A stretch of DNA of 64,000 nt, from positions 608,001-672,000 of the forward strand of contig CAVYSY010000032.1 of assembly GCA_963771175.1 (NCBI GenBank), given 5' to 3'. Numbering within the stretch: the first letter of the stretch is position 1; the number at the start of each line of letters is the position of its first letter. The position numbers and the translations under genes are program-made. This stretch comes from an uncultured delta proteobacterium (lineage in GTDB: Bacteria; Myxococcota; Myxococcia; Myxococcales; Myxococcaceae). Shown piece by piece: positions 1-9,563 of this stretch. The notes beneath the pieces were generated by a model. The model saw nothing but the letters and a program-made list of their open reading frames with translations. It was not told the origin of the DNA and did not search any database.

Positions 1-307
1 GGAGCCGATGACCATGGCCACGCCGCGCTCGGCGCACTGGCGCGCGTGGGCCACGCTGGCCTCCGCGCTGGTGAAGTCGATGACCACCTGCGCCCGTCCC
101 ACGTCGAGCACCCGGCCGAGGTCATCGCCCACGGTGAGGCCAAGCGAGGTCGCCCAGGCGCGCGGCCTGCCCGGCGTCCTGGCCCACGGCGGTCGAGCCC
201 GTGCGCGCGGTGGCTCCGGCCAGCTCCAGGTCCTGCGCGTCGCGGACGAGGCGCAGCAGGGTGCTGCCCATGCGACCGGTGACGCCGGTGATGACGGTGC
301 GGATCAT
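1..307 (-). CDS. dapB: 4-hydroxy-tetrahydrodipicolinate reductase (5' part, runs off the window; apparent frameshift near 130)
   Basis: N-terminus [14 protein letters not shown] (Rossmann GxxGRMG); [10 protein letters not shown]...AMVIG continues in another frame; directly downstream of dapA. Confidence 0.9.
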
Positions 308-334
308 GGTGTCCTCGGCCCCGTGACTCCGGGT

Positions 335-1221
335 TCAGCCCTGGAGGAGGCCCAGCTTGCGCAGCTCGGCCTCCAGCTTCTTCGCGTTGGGCTCGGTCAT
401 CGGCACCAGCGGCAGACGCAGCTCCGGACCAAAGAGCCCCAGCTTGTGCAGCGCCCACTTCACGGGGATGGGGTTGGACTCGACGAAGAGCAGATGGTGC
501 AGCTCGTTCATCCGCACCTGGAGCTCGCGAGCCTCCGCCATCCGCCCCGCGCGCGCGGCGGCCACCAGGTCCGCCATCATCCGCGGCGCCACGTTGGAGG
601 ACACCGAGATGACACCCTTGCCGCCGCAGGCGATGAAGGGCAGCACGGTGAAGTCGTCACCGGACAGCAGCGTCAGCCGCTCGCCGCACTTCTCCACCAG
701 GTCCACCGCGCGAGCCATGTTCCCCGTGGCCTCCTTGATGGCCACCACCTCGGGGATGTCGCACATCCGCAGCGCCGTCTCCGGCAGCAGGTCCACCCCC
801 GTCCGGCCCGGCACGTTGTAGGCGATGATGGGGAAGCCCGGGTGCGCCTTGGCGATCGCCCGGTAGTGCTCCACCAGGCCCGCCTGCGTGGGCTTGTTGT
901 AGTAGGGCGTGACGATGAGCGTGCCGTCCGCCCCGGCCTCGCGCGCGCGCTTCACGCCTTCAATCGTCTCCGCGGTGCTGTTGGAGCCCGCGCCGGCCAC
1001 CACCGACACCCGACCCGCCGCCTCCTCCACCACCACCCGGATGGCGCGGAAGCGCTCCTCGGGGGACATGGTGACCGCCTCGCCCGTCGTGCCCATGGGG
1101 ATGAGCACGCTCGTCCCCCGGCGATCTGCTGCCGGACGAGCGCACGGTAGGCGGCCTCGTCGAGCGCGCCATCCCGGAAGGGGGTGGCGAGCGCGGTCAT
1201 CGAGCCTTCGAAGGTCTTCAT
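335..1221 (-). CDS. dapA: 4-hydroxy-tetrahydrodipicolinate synthase (one apparent frameshift near 1115)
   Basis: MKTFEGSMTALATPF joined to GTTGE, TPYYNKP, YNVPGRTG, IKEATG, SGDD, ESNPIPVK motifs. Confidence 0.95.
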
Positions 1222-1237
1222 GAAGCGGCTTATATGT

Positions 1238-2480
1238 TCAGGGCCGCTCGCCGCGCCAGAGGTCCTCGACGCTCTCCCGCTCGCGCACCACCCGCCAGGC
1301 CTCCCCGTCCACCAGCACCTCGGCCGGCCGCGGGCGCGAGTTGTAGTTGGAGGCCATGCTCATGCCGTAGGCCCCGGCGCTCATCAGCGCGAACAGGTCG
1401 CCCTGCTTGGGGAGCACCAGGGGGCGCTGGCGGGCCAGCACGTCGGTGGACTCGCACACCGGCCCCACCACGTCCACCTCCACCGCCTGGCCGCGGCGCT
1501 GGACGAGCGGCTCGATGCCGTGGTGGGCGTCGTAGAGGGCGGGGCGCATCAGGTCGTTCATGCCCGCGTCCACCACCACGAAGTGGCGGGCCGGCGTCTT
1601 CTTGCGGAACAGCACGCGGGTGACGAGCAGCCCGGCGTTGCCCACCAGCAGCCGGCCCGGCTCGAAGACGAGGGTGGCGCCGGTGTCGCCCACCGCCGAC
1701 AACGCGGTGCGCGCGTACTCCTCGGGCGAGGGCGGCGTCTCCGACGTGTAGGTGATGCCCAGGCCACCGCCGATATCCAGGTAGCGCAGCGCGTGCCCCT
1801 TGGCCTTCAGCGCCGTGTAGAGCCCGCCCACCTTGGACAGCGCGGCCTTGAAGGGCGCGGTGCGCGTAATCTGGGAGCCGATGTGGCAGTCCACCCCCAC
1901 CGCCTCCAGGCCCTTCATCCGCTTCGCGCGGGTGTAGAGGGCCATGGCCTCCTCGAAGGGGACGCCGAACTTGGACGTCTTCAGGCCGGTGGAGATGTGG
2001 CGGTGCGTGCCCGCGTCCACGTTGGGATTGACGCGGATGGCGAAGGGGGCGCGCTTGCCCTTGGCGCGGCCCACCGCGTCGAGGAGCTCCAACTCCTCGG
2101 GGCTCTCCACGTTGAAGAAGAGGATGCCGGCGTCGAGGGCCTGGGCCATCTCGTCCACCGTCTTGCCCACCCCGGCGAACACCGATCTTCCCCGGCTGGC
2201 CGCCGGCCGCCTTCACGCGGGCCAACTCGCCGCCCGAGACGATGTCGAAGCCACTGCCCTGCTCGGCCAGCAGCTTCAGCACGGCCAGGTTGGAGTTGGC
2301 CTTCACCGCGTAGCACACCAGGTGCGGGTGCGACCCGAAGGCCTCCGTCACCACCCGGAAGTGCCGGCGCAGGGTGGCGGTGGAGTAGACGTAGACAGGG
2401 GTGCCCACCGCCTCGGCGATGGCGGGCAGGGGCACGTCCTCGGCGTGGAGGACGCGCTTGCGGTAGCTGAAGTGATTCAC
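1238..2480 (-). CDS. lysA: Diaminopimelate decarboxylase (apparent frameshift near 2185)
   Basis: GTPVYVYS, YAVKANSN (PLP lysine), DIVSGGEL, HIGSQ, EPGR, VGPVCES, GAYGMSMASNYNSRPR; GTG start at 2480. Confidence 0.95.
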
Positions 2481-2680
2481 GGAGTTCCGGCGTCCGGAGG
2501 GGGAAGCGACGAAGGCAGCGGACCGCTCGGCGGGTTGGCCGGCGGTTGCGCCTCCGCGGGAGGAGCCTGCGTCTCCGAGGTGGGAGGAGGCGGCTCCTCG
2601 GGAGGACGGGGCGGCGCCTTGATACCGCAGGCCGCCCCCCCCAGCGTGAGCAGCACGACGATGACGTGCAGTCGCCGCAT
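2477..2680 (-). CDS. Small Pro-rich lipoprotein, LptM/LppL(YifL)-like
   Basis: Signal peptide, lipobox GAAC, then CGIKAPPRPP (compare CGxKGPLxxP); sits directly upstream of lysA, the usual position for this family. Confidence 0.6.
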   Translation of the reverse strand: MRRLHVIVVLLTLGGAACGIKAPPRPPEEPPPPTSETQAPPAEAQPPANPPSGPLPSSLPPPDAGTP

Positions 2681-2691
2681 GGTGTGCCCGC

Positions 2692-4482
2692 CTAGAAACG
2701 GATGCCCAACACGCCACGGACGGACTGGGCCGTCGCCAGCTCGGCGGGACGGAGGGCCTCCTCCACATCCTGCAGGCCGCTGAGCGGGAAGAGCACGGAC
2801 CACTCCACCTTCGCGATGAAGCCATCCTCCGTCTCGTAGCGGGCCCCCAGGTTCGTCTCGATGCCCAGGGCCCTGCTCTCGTTGGAGGGCGTGGACTCGG
2901 GGTAGAGGGCCTGCGAGTAGATGACGCTGCCGAAGACGTCGAAGCCCTGGGTCAGCGTGTAGCGCACCGTGGGCTTGAGGTAGAGGGCGTCGGTGACGGT
3001 ACCGACGAGCTCGCGCCAGAGGATGTTGTCCACGCGGTAGGCGCGGTTGAAGCGGAAGTTGCGGATCATGCTGTCGGAGCAGCCGCCTCTGCCGCAGGCG
3101 AACTGCGGGCCGTCCACGTCGCCCGGCTCGGTGTTGCCCGAGCCCTCCTGGCCCGGGTAGGCGCCGAAGCCCGGCGCCCGGTCACCCGAGGCGAAGCCCA
3201 CCTCGGCCTGGATGTTGAGCTGACCGTTGAGCAGCCGGTACTCGCCCTGCAGCACGCCGCCGAAGTTCAGCACGTCCAGTGCCTGGTTCTGGCGGGCGCC
3301 ATCAACGGAGACCACCGTCTCGACGTTGCCGAAGTAGGCAGCCGCCTCGAACTCCACGCGGAAGTTGCGCTCCTCGTAGCGCAGCCACACGTCGGGGATG
3401 TAGAGGGTGGCGTCGCGCCGGATGAGCCCCAGACTCGGGTCCACCGCCCCCTCATCGTTGCGCGCCTGGCTGTAGCGCTCGTTGCGCCAGGAGAAGTGCA
3501 CGCCGTAGTTGAGGACGCCCTGGTTGTTGTCCAGCTTGGCCTTCACCTGCTGCGGGGTGTCGCGGCGCGCCACGGCCAGCACCCAGCTATGGCTGTCGTC
3601 CGCGTTGGTCGCGTCGTACTGCGGGCCCTCGGAGCTCTTGTTGTAGAAGCCGGCGCCCTCGTCGTTGAACTCCAGCATGGGCGTCACGTAGAAGCCATCG
3701 AGGGGCTCCGTGACGAACATGACGCGGTCCACCCGGTCCCCGAAGTCGCAGTCCAGGCACGAGCCGTCGTTGCGCAGGATGCCCAGACCCCACTGCGCGT
3801 TCATCCGACCGAAGCGCAGCAGACCCACCGGCGTGGACACCTCGCCGTAGGCCTCGCGCACCATCACCGAGTCCTTGATGGAGTTGATGGCCGAGCGGGG
3901 CGGAGTCTGCCCGTCGTTGAAGATGTCGAAGAGGTAGAAGGCGTTGTCGGGGTAGCTGCTCAGCGGCGTGGAGCCCAGCAGCACGTTGTCCAGCGCGTCG
4001 AGCTGGACCTTCACCCGCACCTCCTCGGAGATGTTGAAGGTGGGCTCCAGGCGCAGGCGCATGTCGGCGCCGGACTGGGTCCGCTCGGTGGCGCGGGGCG
4101 AGTGCGGGAAGAGCTCGCGGCCGGGCGCCCGGCCCAGATCGAACTGATAGAGGAGGTTGGGGCGCAGGCGGTAGTAGCCGTCCATCGTGAAGATTTCCAG
4201 CTTGCGCTTCTCCTCCACCCACTCCTCCTGCCAGTCACTGGAGAGCGACTGGGTGGCGAGCTGGGCGCGGATCTCCTCGCGCATCTCCTGCTTGGCGGCC
4301 TCGAGGCGCTTGTCCACCTCCTGGCGGATGCGCTCCTCGGTGGAGTCGGCGCCCTCCTGGGCCGGAGTGGCGGGCGCGTTCTCCTGGGCGGGAGCCGGGG
4401 TACCGGTCTGCGACTCCGGCGTCTGGGCGGTGGCCGTAGCGGAGGCGACGAGCAGGGCCGCCAGCAGGGCGTTGGACGACAT
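2692..4482 (-). CDS. Myxobacterial outer-membrane beta-barrel protein (TIGR04551-like)
   Basis: Signal peptide, coiled-coil N-region, amphipathic beta-strands, WGLGILRNDGSCLDCDFGD motif, C-terminal Phe (GVLGIRF). Confidence 0.65.
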   Translation of the reverse strand: MSSNALLAALLVASATATAQTPESQTGTPAPAQENAPATPAQEGADSTEERIRQEVDKRLEAAKQEMREEIRAQLATQSLSSDWQEEWVEEKRKLEIFTMDGYYRLRPNLLYQFDLGRAPGRELFPHSPRATERTQSGADMRLRLEPTFNISEEVRVKVQLDALDNVLLGSTPLSSYPDNAFYLFDIFNDGQTPPRSAINSIKDSVMVREAYGEVSTPVGLLRFGRMNAQWGLGILRNDGSCLDCDFGDRVDRVMFVTEPLDGFYVTPMLEFNDEGAGFYNKSSEGPQYDATNADDSHSWVLAVARRDTPQQVKAKLDNNQGVLNYGVHFSWRNERYSQARNDEGAVDPSLGLIRRDATLYIPDVWLRYEERNFRVEFEAAAYFGNVETVVSVDGARQNQALDVLNFGGVLQGEYRLLNGQLNIQAEVGFASGDRAPGFGAYPGQEGSGNTEPGDVDGPQFACGRGGCSDSMIRNFRFNRAYRVDNILWRELVGTVTDALYLKPTVRYTLTQGFDVFGSVIYSQALYPESTPSNESRALGIETNLGARYETEDGFIAKVEWSVLFPLSGLQDVEEALRPAELATAQSVRGVLGIRF

Positions 4483-4559
4483 AGAGGGTTCTTCTCCGGT
4501 GCCGCGCGAGTGCGGCGGGTGCAAAGGGCCGGCGAGTCAAGCGGAGTGCGCCGGGGGTG

Positions 4560-5417
4560 TCAACGACGTCGAGAAACCGTCTTCCGCCGTGCGTCCGGGG
4601 GTTTACGGCCCGGGTGCAGTGGCTGGCAGCGCGGACAGCAATGGGTGGTGCGCCCTCCCTGGAGGAAGGACTCCACCGTCGCCCCACAGCGCGCGCAAGG
4701 CGTCCCGGCGCGACCGTAGACGAGGAAACGGTTCTCCGCGCCATCCTCCAGGTACGCGGGCTCCTCGCCCTGCTGCTCCTCGAGGCCGAAGGCGATGGAG
4801 GCGTGGATGGCATCCGCCAGCCGTTGCCACTCCTCGGGGGAGAGGGACGCGGGCTTGCGCGAGGGGTGAAGGCCGGCGCGGTAGAGCGCCTCGGCGGCAT
4901 GGATGTTGCCGAGTCCCGTGACGCGTCCCTGGTCCATCAGGGCCACCTTGAGGTCCTGCCGGGAGGTGCCCACGGCCTGCTGGAGTTGCTCGGCGGAGAG
5001 GCCATCGGCGAGCGGATCCCTCCCCAGCTCCTTCACGGCCTCCAGCGAGTGCAGGCGCGAGGCGGCGCAGGGCTCCATGCGGCCGAAGAGGCGCGAGTCG
5101 GCGAAGTGGATGACGTCGCCGGAGTCCAGGTGGAAGCGGGCGCGGCTGTAGGGGACGGGGACGCCCTCGGGGCGGCGGACGAACCGGCCCGTCATGCCCA
5201 GGTGGGCCAGCAGCCCCCGGCCCCCCTCGAAGGTGAAGAGGAGGTATTTGCCGCGCCGCTCCAGGGACTCCAGCCGGCCTCTAATGGAGGCGAAGTCCTC
5301 CCGGCGGGCCCCGCGGAAGACGCGGGAGGCGTCCGCCTCGGCCCTCACGACGCGGCGACCGTCCAGCCAATGGACGAGGTTGCGCCGGGCGATTTCGACT
5401 TCGGGAAGCTCGGGCAT
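4560..5417 (-). CDS. mutM: Formamidopyrimidine-DNA glycosylase/AP lyase (Fpg)
   Basis: MPELPEVE N-terminus, RRGKYL, HLGMTG, GLGNIHAAEAL, C-terminal CxxC...CxxC zinc finger. Confidence 0.95.
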   Translation of the reverse strand: MPELPEVEIARRNLVHWLDGRRVVRAEADASRVFRGARREDFASIRGRLESLERRGKYLLFTFEGGRGLLAHLGMTGRFVRRPEGVPVPYSRARFHLDSGDVIHFADSRLFGRMEPCAASRLHSLEAVKELGRDPLADGLSAEQLQQAVGTSRQDLKVALMDQGRVTGLGNIHAAEALYRAGLHPSRKPASLSPEEWQRLADAIHASIAFGLEEQQGEEPAYLEDGAENRFLVYGRAGTPCARCGATVESFLQGGRTTHCCPRCQPLHPGRKPPDARRKTVSRRR

Positions 5418-5440
5418 GGCGGGTGCGGCATACCACTTCA

Positions 5441-5458
5441 CTTCTGGACGTCCAGAAG
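5441..5458. repeat. Perfect 18-bp palindrome CTTCTGGACGTCCAGAAG (copy 1 of a 4-copy motif)
   Basis: Read directly from the sequence; same core at 9566-9585, variants at 9611-9630 and 9722-9740. Confidence 0.9.
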
Positions 5459-5606
5459 CACACCACGCTACTCTCTGGGTGGAGGACTCCTATAGGCGGG
5501 AGTATACTTCACCTCAGCCGTAGGGCTGAGTGGGATGACCTCGCCCGTCGAACAATGTATTTCTGGATGGCGTTCCGACGCGACTCGAAGGCATCCTGCC
5601 TGGACG

Positions 5607-6053
5607 ATGAATGACAAGGAGTTGCTGGAGAAGGCGCTGCATGTGGCGAAAGAAGCGGGCCTTCTCCTGCTCCGCAAGTACGACTCCGTACCCCCGTTCG
5701 GGCTGACCCTCGACCCGGCAGGTGACAATCCAAGAACCTGTTTTCCCCGGGACCAACTGCCACGCGCCTCATGGGACGAGCTGCTCGACGCCACCATCGC
5801 GCATCTCGAGAGCAGCATCGGTTCGGCCGGTGTCGGGGCAATCGCACTCGTCACCACGCTCGAGTCAGGAAGCGAGTCCGGCATTGGCGTCCAGGTCGAG
5901 ACACACGCCTCCTCGCTGTTTCTGGTGTACCCCTACAGCGGAACCGGGCAGAGCCGGAGCCTCGGGCAACCCCTGACGGCGAAGGAGTTGCTCGTTGGCC
6001 CGCTCCTGGCAGGACGCCGAAGGCGCTGGTGGTCCTTTTTCAGCCGGAAATAG
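5607..6053 (+). CDS. Hypothetical 148-aa protein, possible orphan immunity protein
   Basis: Clean ORF (MNDKELLEKAL...) with lower GC than neighbours, basic/aromatic tail RRRRWWSFFSRK, convergent on the immunity array. Confidence 0.55.
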   Translation: MNDKELLEKALHVAKEAGLLLLRKYDSVPPFGLTLDPAGDNPRTCFPRDQLPRASWDELLDATIAHLESSIGSAGVGAIALVTTLESGSESGIGVQVETHASSLFLVYPYSGTGQSRSLGQPLTAKELLVGPLLAGRRRRWWSFFSRK

Positions 6054-6099
6054 TGTCCTGACGGGCTTGAGTGGTTGACGTCTACATCTCCCGGTTCTC

Positions 6100-6155
6100 A
6101 AGAACTCGCCCGCCATGCCGCGCCAGATTCGACGCTGTTCCGGAGGGAATCTCGT
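6100..6155 (-). repeat. Degenerate third copy of the toxin 3'-end (tail) sequence
   Basis: AAGAACTCGCCCGCCATG-CCGCGCCAGATTCGAC...GAATCTCGT aligns to 7559-7625 with an 11-nt deletion; the stop codon and RBS part is missing. Confidence 0.85.
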
Positions 6156-6160
6156 CCTCG

Positions 6161-6793
6161 TCAGTAGACGATGCAGTCGAACTTCTCGATGACGGCGCGG
6201 ATCTCTTCGAGCGGCGCCTCAAGCCTTTCAGCCAGGACGGGGGCGTAATAGGTCAGCGATTGGGTAGGGGCCGGTTGGGTGTGAAGCTCATCCACGATGA
6301 CACTTCCAAAGAGACCCGGCCACTTGACGCCGCGTAGCTCGGGGGCGCGGCGGATCGGGTCCAGGAAGGTGAAGCAGGGCCACTTGGGAAAGCGAATGGT
6401 GGCGGGGTCGCACCCCATGATGCGGCAGCCATCCAGGCGGGCCTCGGTGAAGTCGCAGTCCTCGATAGAGCCGTGCTGATACCACGGTTCACTCCCGTAC
6501 TCAGGCCAGTGCCCGAAGTCGCACCCAGAAAAACGCCCCTTGAAGCGACAGCCCTTCAGGGATGCGCCTACCCAGCTCTGATGGTTCTTCAACTCCTGCT
6601 TCACCTCGAAAGAGCAGTCGATGAACCTGGCCCCGAGGAGGTGCAGGCGTCTCGCGGATACCTTCAAGACGACAGTGCAGTTGCGCAGCGTCAGGTTGGG
6701 GCCGAGGAAATAGAGCGAATCCTTGTCCGTCACCTCGAACCGCTCGTTTGCAATCTCCCTGTCCGCGACGAGGACGTTCTCCAACCACCCCAT
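6161..6793 (-). CDS. Pentapeptide-repeat-like putative immunity protein, paralog 2
   Basis: 210 aa with CDFTE-ARLDG-CR type repeats; about 65% identical by manual count to 6896-7528; downstream of toxin. Confidence 0.8.
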   Translation of the reverse strand: MGWLENVLVADREIANERFEVTDKDSLYFLGPNLTLRNCTVVLKVSARRLHLLGARFIDCSFEVKQELKNHQSWVGASLKGCRFKGRFSGCDFGHWPEYGSEPWYQHGSIEDCDFTEARLDGCRIMGCDPATIRFPKWPCFTFLDPIRRAPELRGVKWPGLFGSVIVDELHTQPAPTQSLTYYAPVLAERLEAPLEEIRAVIEKFDCIVY

Positions 6794-6794
6794 G

Positions 6795-6890
6795 GCCGCC
6801 CCTTTCAGAAGGTGAGCATCCGGAAGAACTCGCCCGCCATGCGCCTGCCGTGACGCGCCAGATGCGACTCCGTTCCGGAGAGGCTCTCGT
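6795..6890 (-). repeat. 96-bp copy of the toxin gene 3' end, including its stop codon and the RBS for the next gene
   Basis: 7 mismatches in 96 nt versus 7530-7625; offset exactly 735 bp. Confidence 0.92.
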
Positions 6891-6895
6891 CCGCG

Positions 6896-7528
6896 TCAGT
6901 AGACGATGCAGTCGAACTTCTCGATGGCGGCCTTAAACGCTTCCGGGGTGGTCTCGTATCGCTTCGCGAGAGCCGAGGCCAGGAGGGTCACTGCCCTCGT
7001 GGACGAAGGGTCCCTGTAACGACCCTCGACGTGAATCGGGGTGAAGTTCCCCGGCCACTGGACGCTGTTGAGCTCACGGCTCCTGCTGATGGGCTCCAGG
7101 ATGGTGAAGCAGGGCCACCTGGGAAAACGCAGGGTCTGCGGGTCACATCCATGGAACCGGCAACCGTCCAGGATTGCCTCGGTGAAGTCGCAGTCCTCGA
7201 TGGAGCCGTGCTGATACCACGGCAGGCTCATGTATTCAGGCCAGTGGCCGAAGTCACACCCTGTCAACCGCCCCTTGAACCGGCAGCCCTTGAGGGACGC
7301 AGCCAGCCAGCCCTGGTGATTCTTCAACTCCTGCTTCACCTCGAAGGTGCAATCGATGAAGCGGGGCTGCTTGAAGCTCAGGCGCCGAGCGGACACCTTC
7401 AGCATGAGGGTACAGTTCCTCAGCGTCAGGTCGGGGCCGAGGATGTAGTTGGCCTTCGTGTCCGTCAGTTCCAGTCGCTCGTTTTCGATTTCCCGGTCCT
7501 TGAAGATGACATTGCCGAGCGAATCCAT
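6896..7528 (-). CDS. Pentapeptide-repeat-like putative cognate immunity protein, paralog 1
   Basis: 210 aa; starts 11 nt after the toxin stop, RBS AAGGGG. Confidence 0.8.
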   Translation of the reverse strand: MDSLGNVIFKDREIENERLELTDTKANYILGPDLTLRNCTLMLKVSARRLSFKQPRFIDCTFEVKQELKNHQGWLAASLKGCRFKGRLTGCDFGHWPEYMSLPWYQHGSIEDCDFTEAILDGCRFHGCDPQTLRFPRWPCFTILEPISRSRELNSVQWPGNFTPIHVEGRYRDPSSTRAVTLLASALAKRYETTPEAFKAAIEKFDCIVY

Positions 7529-7539
7529 CGCCGCCCCTT

Positions 7540-9232
7540 TCAGAAGGTGAGCATCCGGAAGAACTCGCCCGACATGCGCCTGCCATGCCGCGCCAGGTTC
7601 GACTCCGTTCCGGAGAGAATCTCGTACCGGGTGCCCGTTGCCGGGTCAACCACATCGACCCCCTTGCTCAGGCTGAAGTCGTAGAGGTGCTCGAACTGCT
7701 CCTTCACCTTGCGCTGTACGTAGCGTCCCCGGGCCTCGCGCTCCAGCAGCCGCGCCAGCCAGTATTCGCCCCGCTTCAGTGCCCGGTCGATGGCATCCAG
7801 TTCTTGCGGCGAGAGCTTGTCAGGCCCCCATTGCTTCGCGGCCCGGGTGATGGCCTCCTGGAACATGTCCCCCACCGTGTCCTTGGCGGGGATGTCCGCC
7901 ACCGACTTGCCGCGCGACAAGTGCCAGCGCTGGCCATCGCTGAGCGCCACCTGCTGGTTGCCGCCCCGGTGCCGCAGCACGGTGGTGGCGGAGCGGCCTC
8001 CCGGGGCCTGTCCCGCCCCATTGCCCTGCCCCTTCTTGAACATCACCACGGCCAGGGGGCCCTGGGGAGAGGTGGCCACCGTCTCCGCCGCCGCCACCGC
8101 CCGGGCCAGCGCCGTCTCCTGTACCAGCGCCGTCTCCGCCGCCACTTCGGGCGCCAGCAGTGCCGCCCCGCCCTGGGCCTCGAACTGCGCCCCCGCCAGG
8201 GAGTAGCCCGGAAGCGACTTCACCCGCGCGGCCACCTGCCCCAGCGTGTGTCCGGCTGAGGGTGGCCACCGCCAGAATCATCGCCCGGGCCGAGTCCTCG
8301 CCCAGCACCCTGCCGAATTCCTCGCCCGCCGCGCGCAGCTCCGCGAAGGTGGTGGCCTCGTGGGCCGCGTTGGCCATGCGGGCCCAGCCGTCCATCAGCC
8401 CGTACACCGTCTCGAGGCCCAGGTAGCCCATGAGGAGGAGGGTCAGGCTGGCGGCCACCGCCTTGGTCGTCGGCTCGGGCACCATCCACAACATGCAGTA
8501 GAGGGCCACCGTCCAGACGACCATGGAGACGAGCGCCCGCACGTCCAGCAGCTCGCGGGATAGGGCCGCCTTCGTCTCGTCGAGCACGTTGCCGAAGGCC
8601 AGGGCCAGGGCCAGTGTCCGCCGGTCGTCCGTGCGCAGGTAGGGCCCGTCGTCCAGCAGGCCCATGCAGTCGCCGCCGCCCTGCCCCTCACACCACCCGA
8701 GGTACTTCGCCCTCAGCGCCTCCTCCGCCTCGGGGGTGAGGGCCACCGGGCCCTGCTGCCTCTCCGGCACCAGCGTGTAGGCCCGGCCCCGGTACATCTC
8801 CAGCCGCCAGTCCCCCGCGCTCGCCACCGTCTCCTCTCCTCCTGGCGGCGGCGGCAGGAGGCGCAGCAGTTCGAGGGCGGCCTCCCGGGGCGTCTTCCCC
8901 CCGAGCCTCACCTCCCGGTAGAGCCGCTGCACGGCCCGCTGGAACTCGGCCGGAGGGATGGGCACCGGCCGGGTGGCCACCGCGCCCGCTTCCAGGAAGC
9001 CCAGCTCATACACGCTGGCCCCTTCCAGGCCGGGCTCCGCCGTGTCGGCCACATGCTCTCGGGGGGCCGGTGGGGGCACGAGCGCCCTGTAGCGGTAGCC
9101 CGCCAGCATATCGCCGCCAGGGCCGCCCGTGGCGCACGCGGAGAAGAGAAAGAGGACGAGGAGAAACCAGCCGCCCAACAGGGGGCGCAGCCGCGCGCCT
9201 AACGGACGCGGGCCATGAAGACGGGGAGACAC
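7540..9232 (-). CDS. Myxobacterial lipoprotein polymorphic toxin (SitA5-like) with a probable nuclease C-terminal domain; one apparent +1 frameshift near 8250
   Basis: GGAGG RBS and GTG at 9232; lipobox FSAC; conserved blocks WCxxxGGGDCxGLLDDGP, RRTLALALAFG, LWMVPEPTTK, ATTFAELRAAGE; removing one C near 8252 joins ATLS to GHTLGQVAARVKSLPG. Confidence 0.8.
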
Positions 9233-9391
9233 GGCGCACCTCCAGGAGCGACGCGGCGTACACGCCGTCGCTCCGGGATTACACGGAAACGCGGGTGCGC
9301 CCGTCAAGCCGTTGGGTAAGCCAGTGTCTGAAGGACTCAATAGGTAGGCAGGTAGGCCGCGAACGGAACCGCGGCCCCTCGCGCGGCGGCG

Positions 9392-9490
9392 CTACGGGAA
9401 CGTCACTCTCTCCAGGATGACGGAGCGCCCGTCCGCGTCCCACAGCGTCAGGGTGTTCGCGCCTCCCGGGCCTCCTCGTAGAAGGCCACC
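9392..9490 (-). pseudogene. 3' remnant of a DUF2381-like gene
   Basis: Minus strand reads ...TLTLWDADGRSVILERVTFP*, resembling the DUF2381 C-terminus; no upstream body. Confidence 0.55.
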
Positions 9491-9563
9491 AGGCGCGTGT
9501 GTCAGGCGAAAACGCCAGGACACCGACGCGGCGACAACGGCTGAATCAGCGACCAGAGCCGCC

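Noticed and set aside
6100..7625. Repeat-spacer-repeat pattern as a CRISPR array or integron cassette array
   Set aside because: Repeats are 96 nt and derive from the toxin coding sequence, the 'spacers' are whole paralogous genes, there is no attC-like dyad, and no cas or intI gene is in the window.
8240..8260. Toxin frameshift as programmed phase variation or true inactivation
   Set aside because: No slippery homopolymer or repeat tract at the site, and similar single indels hit housekeeping genes throughout the window.
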